Source: Halobacteriales archaeon (GTDB taxonomy: Archaea; Halobacteriota; Halobacteria; Halobacteriales; SKNY01). From it: a stretch of 64,000 nt of DNA. Made by a program: the position numbers and the translations under genes. Below are positions 58,708 to 64,000 of the stretch, piece after piece (within the stretch, counting starts at the first letter, position 1; each line of letters opens with the position of its first letter). The DNA lies in contig SKQO01000003.1 in NCBI GenBank assembly GCA_007118975.1, forward strand, positions 12,509 to 76,508. Direction: 5' to 3'. The notes beneath the pieces were generated by a model. That model was given only the letters and a program-made list of their open reading frames with translations, made no database searches and had not been told where the DNA came from.

Positions 58708-60881
58708 TCGGGGCGCTCGGGCGACGGCGGCCCGCCCTCGTATGCGTCGTGGTCGGTGTAAAAGTTGAGCATCGAAAACCGCAACCGGTCGGACTCGACG
58801 TCGATAAGTTCGGCTCGTTCCTCGGGGGGAAACGTCTCGCGGACGCTGTATTTCCCCATCTCCTGGGTTGCGGCGGCAGTGTAGCGCTTGTCGAGGAGCA
58901 CCCGGACACCGATATCCTCGGGCGAGCGCAGTACCCGACCCAGCGCCTGGCGCGTTTTCCGGATCGTCGGGATTTCCACCGCGTACCGCCAACCAGCGGT
59001 CGGGTCGCCGTCCCCGTATTCAATTGCGTACGCGTCCCGAACCGCCTGGGTCCGATCGTCCAGATACGGGTAGGGCACGCCCACGACGACGACCGTTTGG
59101 GCATCGTCGCCATCAAAGCTCACACCCTCTGTCAGTGTCCCCCAGATAGAGGTAAACAGGGCCGCGTGATCGTCGGCTGTGAACTCCTGGCGGAGCCCCT
59201 CCGCCCGGGTTGCCGGTTCGTCCAGGTATCGCGTTGCCTCGAGATGGCCGAGCCGATCGTGGTATCTGGCAGCCTCGGCGTAGCTCGGAAAGTACACGAG
59301 GGTGTTGCCGGGCGTCATCCGGATGGCGTCGCCGAGCACGGCCGCTACCTCCGCCTGGACCTGCGGATCCCCGCGATCCCGGGAGAACAGTGCCGGGGAG
59401 TCGACCGCGAACGTCCGTCGATGATCGGCTGGAAACGTCAGTCCGTACGCCAGCTCGACCGGGTCCTCGAGGCCCAGCGCGTCCTGGACCACCGAGAAGG
59501 GGCGCAACGTTGCACTCATCAGGACGCTTGCGGCAACCTGTCCGAACAACTCGCCCGCAATGTCGCGGGGCACACACGCGAAGAGCTCGGCGCGCCCGTA
59601 AATCTCGTCGGTTCGATCGTCGCGACGGATCGAAAGGACCGGGAGGAACCGGTGGTCGTCCGCCGCGTCGATCCATCCCTGGAGAAACCACGCGACCTGG
59701 AGCACCTGGGACTCCCGGCGGACGTCGGTTTCGCCGCGTCGATAAGCGTCCTCGTACGTTGCCTCCAGGTCGCCCCCGAGTGCCAGCGCCGCCTCCACGA
59801 CGTCTTCGAGATCGTCGACATCGGCTTCTCGGAGCCCCCTGGTGAGCTCGTCGGGGCCGTCGCGCTCGTCGATGTTCAGATCGATCCAATCCTCACCGAC
59901 GGTCTCCGTCCGATCGAGCCGCGACAGGTATACGTCGCGCATCGTTTCGAGAAACGGCACGAACAGGGCTTCGGCCCGCGCCACCCGGTGATCCGACACC
60001 TCCTCGAGTTCGCCGAGGGCGGCCTCGAGCGTTCCCTCGGTGAGCGTTCGCGTTGCGTGCTCCCGAGCGGCATCTTCGATGTTGTGTGCCTCGTCGAAGA
60101 TGGTGATGATCTCGTCGGCGTCCCGTCCAAGCCACCGGAAAAACTGTGTCCGGATCATCGGATCCAGCAGGTGGTAATAGTTACAGACCACGAGGTCGAC
60201 AGCGTCCAGCCCGTCCTTGAGCAGCTCGTAGCCACAGAAACCGTTGCCGTCGGCATACTCGTAGATCTCGTCCGGACGGCGGACGTCGGCGTGCAGCCAG
60301 CGGTAGAACTCGTCGACGTCGCCCGTGAGGTTTCGGTAGAAGTGCTCGCAGGTGGGGCGGTCCGCGAGGTCCTCGCGCTCCTGGTCGAGTTCCTCGAGCT
60401 CGTTGGCCACGATGGCCCGGGCGCCTGTCGCCTCGTCATTTCCTGCCTGGGCCTCGGCCAACAGCTCCTGTTCTCGCCCTTCGAGCTCTCGGATCTCGCC
60501 TTCGACCTCGACGAGATCGCGGGTGTTGTCCCGGAGCACCTGGCATTCATCGTAGCCCACGTCGATGTGACACATCGAGGCCTTTCCGCGGAAGACGGCC
60601 GCCCGGAGCGGGGTCGTCTCGGCGATCGCGCGGGCTTCCTCGACGAACTGTCGCATCTGCTGGTGGACGTTGGTGGTGATGACCACCGTTTTGTCCTGCG
60701 AGCGCGCGGTGGCGAGGGCCGGAGCGAGTGCAGACAGTGTTTTTCCCGTGCCACAGGCGCCCTCGAAAAGGACGTCCTGGTTGCGGGAGAACGCCGTCGC
60801 GATACGCTCGATGGCTTCCCGCTGGTTCTCGTAGGGCTCCGAGTAGGGGAAAAAGCGCATTTCGTCGTCGGTCGTCGCCAC
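58704..60881 (-). CDS. Rad3/XPD-family ATP-dependent DNA helicase
   Basis: EGACGTGKT, Fe-S Cys residues, DEAH, SATL, QALGRVLR. Confidence 0.92.
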   Translation of the reverse strand: MATTDDEMRFFPYSEPYENQREAIERIATAFSRNQDVLFEGACGTGKTLSALAPALATARSQDKTVVITTNVHQQMRQFVEEARAIAETTPLRAAVFRGKASMCHIDVGYDECQVLRDNTRDLVEVEGEIRELEGREQELLAEAQAGNDEATGARAIVANELEELDQEREDLADRPTCEHFYRNLTGDVDEFYRWLHADVRRPDEIYEYADGNGFCGYELLKDGLDAVDLVVCNYYHLLDPMIRTQFFRWLGRDADEIITIFDEAHNIEDAAREHATRTLTEGTLEAALGELEEVSDHRVARAEALFVPFLETMRDVYLSRLDRTETVGEDWIDLNIDERDGPDELTRGLREADVDDLEDVVEAALALGGDLEATYEDAYRRGETDVRRESQVLQVAWFLQGWIDAADDHRFLPVLSIRRDDRTDEIYGRAELFACVPRDIAGELFGQVAASVLMSATLRPFSVVQDALGLEDPVELAYGLTFPADHRRTFAVDSPALFSRDRGDPQVQAEVAAVLGDAIRMTPGNTLVYFPSYAEAARYHDRLGHLEATRYLDEPATRAEGLRQEFTADDHAALFTSIWGTLTEGVSFDGDDAQTVVVVGVPYPYLDDRTQAVRDAYAIEYGDGDPTAGWRYAVEIPTIRKTRQALGRVLRSPEDIGVRVLLDKRYTAAATQEMGKYSVRETFPPEERAELIDVESDRLRFSMLNFYTDHDAYEGGPPSPERPD

Positions 60882-61019
60882 AGTGGTGGCTAGAGGCGAC
60901 CCCGGCGGGGTAAAACCATGGGTTGAGCGGAGTGGAAGTGATCGAAACCGAAAGCATGTATCGGTGTCGAACGTCGAGACACCAATGGCAGACCCAATCC
61001 CGAGGAGCGGTGCGCGGCC

Positions 61020-61529
61020 ATGATCGTCGTGCTCTCCGATACGCACGGCAAGACGGGGCCGAGACTCGAAGGACGGACCGCGGACGCCGTCGAGGAAGCG
61101 GACGTCCTCATCCACGCCGGTGATTTCATCCGCGAACCCGTTCTCGACGCCTTCGAGGAGCTCGCGCCGGCGTTTTACGGCGTGTACGGCAACGTCGACG
61201 ACGATGCAATCCGGGCGCGACTCCCCAGGTCGCGGACGGTGGAGGTGGAACCGTTCCGGCTCGCCGTGATCCACACCGTGGACGGCGGAGACACGGAGCT
61301 ATCGATCTTCGGGAAGGACCTCGAGGCCGACATCGTCATCCACGGTCACAGCCACCGCCCGCGCTATGACTGGACGGGTGAGATCGGGCTGTTGAACCCC
61401 GGGAGCCACGCGCAACCACGGGGAAATCGACCCGCCCATGCCGAACTCGAGATCGTCGATCGTCGGCTCTCGGGACGAATCGTCCAACCGGATGGTACGG
61501 TCATTCAACGATTCGAGCAGAACGATTGA
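61020..61529 (+). CDS. YfcE-family metallophosphoesterase
   Basis: SDTH, HAGD, GNVD, GHSH, NPGS. Confidence 0.92.
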   Translation: MIVVLSDTHGKTGPRLEGRTADAVEEADVLIHAGDFIREPVLDAFEELAPAFYGVYGNVDDDAIRARLPRSRTVEVEPFRLAVIHTVDGGDTELSIFGKDLEADIVIHGHSHRPRYDWTGEIGLLNPGSHAQPRGNRPAHAELEIVDRRLSGRIVQPDGTVIQRFEQND

Positions 61530-61612
61530 GTGGCATCACCATCGACGATTCTCACCTAACTGGAAGGAGAACCTTCCGCAACAACCGGACGATTGGGACA
61601 CCGGTCCGCTGT

Positions 61613-63232
61613 TCAACCGAAATCGAAGTTCTCCCGTCGGAGGATAATCAGCATCGTCATCCCAGAGATGATGACAAGGAGCAGGGCCGGAATCGCGGCA
61701 TACCGATAGGCCAGTGCTTCATGTGCCTGCCAAACTTTGATCACGAGGGTTTCCATCCCGATCGGTCGAAGCATCAGCGTCATCGGCAGTTCCTTCATCG
61801 TCGTCAGAAAAACGAGGACGGCCCCGGCCACCATCCCTGGTGCGATCAGGGGTAACGTTACTCGCTGAAACGTTTCGAACCGGCCGGCATTGAGGGACCG
61901 AGCCGCTTCGATGGTCTCCTCATCGACCTGTAACACCGAAGCACGGACGGTCCCGACCGCTTGCGGGAGAAAGCGGATCACGTACCCGAAGACGAGCAAC
62001 CATACCCCAGTTCGGTACAGCGAGGGGACCGTTCGCAGCCCGAGAAAGACCAGGGCCAGCCCAATAACGACACCCGGCACGGCAAACCCAATATACGTCG
62101 CTCGTTCGATGACCCGGGACATGAGGGAATTCGTTCGACCCGAGTAGTATGCAACCGGCAGCGCGATTGCGCATGCCATCAGTGCAGCCAAAAGCGCGAG
62201 TATCACCGAATTTACCGCAAATTCCGGATGAAATTCCAGCGCTGGAATTCGGTCACCTTCGCTCCGGTGCACCCAGCTGAGGAATATCGCGACCGGGACG
62301 ACTAGCGTGACGATACCGATCGTCGAGATGAACCCCATGGCCGGCCATTTCCAGTACCCCAGTCGGATCGTAGATCCCTGGCTTCCCCCGCCACTCGTGT
62401 TTTCGTCACGACCGATTCCAGCCTCGATCACGAGAATAACCGCGACGATCGCAACCAACTGCAGTGCGAGTAATGCAGCGTATTCGACGGCAAATCCGCT
62501 AAATTCCCCATAGATCCGACTCGTGAATACCCGGGCTTGCATGAAGGCTGGCGTGCCGAAATCGGAGATTGCATAGAGGGCCGTGAGCAATGCCCCAGCC
62601 GCGATCCCTGGCCTGATAATCGGTAACGTGACGCGCCGGAACGCGTTGAACGGACCGTGATTGAGGCTGTGAGCGGCGTCGACGAGGGTGCTATCCATCG
62701 AAATGAGGGCTGCTCTGGTCGTCAAAAACACGTACGGGTACGTGTACAAGGTGATGATGAAGATTGCCCCGGATACCCCGTGAATCCTGGGAAGCGTCAT
62801 CCCGAATACCGAATCGATCTCGCCACCCGACCCGAACATCGAGACGAACGCGATCGCACCGATGTAACTCGGGATGACCAACGGCAGCGCGGCCACGATT
62901 GTCCAGAACCGTGGGTATGGGAGATCCGTTCGGGTCGTCAACATGGCGAGCGGCACCCCGAGAATGATCGAGAGTACCGTAACCGATAGCATCAGTACCA
63001 GACTGTTGATGGTGATCCAGGCGGTCTGGGAGGAAAACATCAGGTCGTAGGCCCGGGAGGGCTCTACCGTCCAGGCCTGCCAGACGAGCCAATACATCGG
63101 CGAGACGATGAGAACCGCGAGCACCGTGCTGAGCAACGCAAGCACCACCAACCATGGATCCACCTCCCGGAGGCGATGCTTGACGGTCGTGGAGTGGCGT
63201 GAGGCGTCCGCAGTATGGAACTCCTGCTTCAT
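61613..63232 (-). CDS. Fe(III) ABC transporter permease (FbpB-like)
   Basis: Duplicated permease domains, EAA motifs, DFGTP, MKELP. Confidence 0.9.
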   Translation of the reverse strand: MKQEFHTADASRHSTTVKHRLREVDPWLVVLALLSTVLAVLIVSPMYWLVWQAWTVEPSRAYDLMFSSQTAWITINSLVLMLSVTVLSIILGVPLAMLTTRTDLPYPRFWTIVAALPLVIPSYIGAIAFVSMFGSGGEIDSVFGMTLPRIHGVSGAIFIITLYTYPYVFLTTRAALISMDSTLVDAAHSLNHGPFNAFRRVTLPIIRPGIAAGALLTALYAISDFGTPAFMQARVFTSRIYGEFSGFAVEYAALLALQLVAIVAVILVIEAGIGRDENTSGGGSQGSTIRLGYWKWPAMGFISTIGIVTLVVPVAIFLSWVHRSEGDRIPALEFHPEFAVNSVILALLAALMACAIALPVAYYSGRTNSLMSRVIERATYIGFAVPGVVIGLALVFLGLRTVPSLYRTGVWLLVFGYVIRFLPQAVGTVRASVLQVDEETIEAARSLNAGRFETFQRVTLPLIAPGMVAGAVLVFLTTMKELPMTLMLRPIGMETLVIKVWQAHEALAYRYAAIPALLLVIISGMTMLIILRRENFDFG

Positions 63233-63349
63233 TTACTGGTCGTTTTTCTCAGTTGGAGCTTCCGCTCGATGCGATTGAATGGGTCGATCCCGCGCCACCA
63301 GACGCCACGTGTTTGACATTGCCGTAGTAGGGTATGCTGTCGCGACGAT

Positions 63350-64000
63350 CTACACCGGGAGCATTTCCTCGTCTTCGAGGAGTTCCCGCGCCTCTTGGAG
63401 CTCCATGTCAAATCCAGAGAGGTCAAAATCCGGGGAGTTGAGTTCGTCAGGACCAGGTAGTGGGCCGACGTAATCGACCCCTTCGACGACCGGGAATTCC
63501 CCGTTGTCGTCCATCATGAACTCCTGTCCTTCGATCGCGAGAAGGTGACGGACGAACTCGGCGACGAGTTCCGGATCCTCGACGGAATTCGTCACGGCGA
63601 CCCCGGCGACGCTGAACAGAGCACCTGCGTCGCCTTCGGTAAACGTCACGCGAATCGGCGAATCCGGGTCTTCGTTGACGAGCCGGGCGGCGTAGTAACT
63701 GTTGCCGAGTGCAATGATCGGATCGTCGTCGCCACCACGTTCGACGGCTGCGGCTTGATCGCTGCCGCCGGTAAACAGCTGCGGGTCCTGATCCATGAAA
63801 TCACGGACCCACTGACGGGTTGCCTCCTCGCCCTCGAACTCGACCATCGCCTGGATGAACCCCCGGAAGGTGCCGGAGTTCGGGCGGGTAGACATGATGC
63901 CCTCGAAGCGCTCATCGGTCGCGTACGACTGGATGTCCGTCGGAAGCTCGTCCCAGCTGTCAAACGGTGTCTCGTCGAGTCGGTCTTCGTTGTACTGGAT
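63350..64000 (-). CDS. Fe(III) ABC transporter substrate-binding protein, 5'-truncated
   Basis: GNSYY motif, EFP..; frame continues past the window edge, upstream of permease. Confidence 0.8.
   Translation of the reverse strand: MQYNEDRLDETPFDSWDELPTDIQSYATDERFEGIMSTRPNSGTFRGFIQAMVEFEGEEATRQWVRDFMDQDPQLFTGGSDQAAAVERGGDDDPIIALGNSYYAARLVNEDPDSPIRVTFTEGDAGALFSVAGVAVTNSVEDPELVAEFVRHLLAIEGQEFMMDDNGEFPVVEGVDYVGPLPGPDELNSPDFDLSGFDMELQEARELLEDEEMLPV

Overview
High-GC chromosomal window from a haloarchaeon (acidic proteins, TATA/BRE promoters, LysW-dependent arg cluster, Rad3/XPD helicase). A housekeeping backbone (metY-metX-serB/serA ... thrC ... argF-lysK-argD-argB-argC-lysX-lysW-argH-argG ... rad3, iron ABC transporter) is interrupted by two accessory blocks. 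Block 1 (about 4.25-31.1 kb) holds an apparently complete Afp/PVC-type contractile injection system (CIS): Pvc16-like cap, sheath, two tubes, chaperone pair, AAA+ ATPase, LysM tube initiator, hub, spike, PAAR, gp25, two baseplate-J proteins, tail-I protein, fibre-like protein and an inverted DUF4157 cargo candidate. It is flanked by a candidate ~450-nt structured ncRNA with its own promoter and a 33-bp triplication, and by a Tat-lipoprotein vanadium haloperoxidase homologue. Block 2 (about 32.8-49 kb) holds uronate/pentose catabolism genes, methyltransferases, a haloacid dehalogenase, a MOT1-type transporter and decayed remnants. Main unexplained signals: the candidate ncRNA, a G_GGA_AAC -1 frameshift site joining the CIS chaperone to an unlisted DUF6760-like ORF, HhH and Ig-like insertions in CIS structural proteins, and an Arg-rich leader peptide before argG. 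All family calls come from motif recognition by eye; no searches were run.
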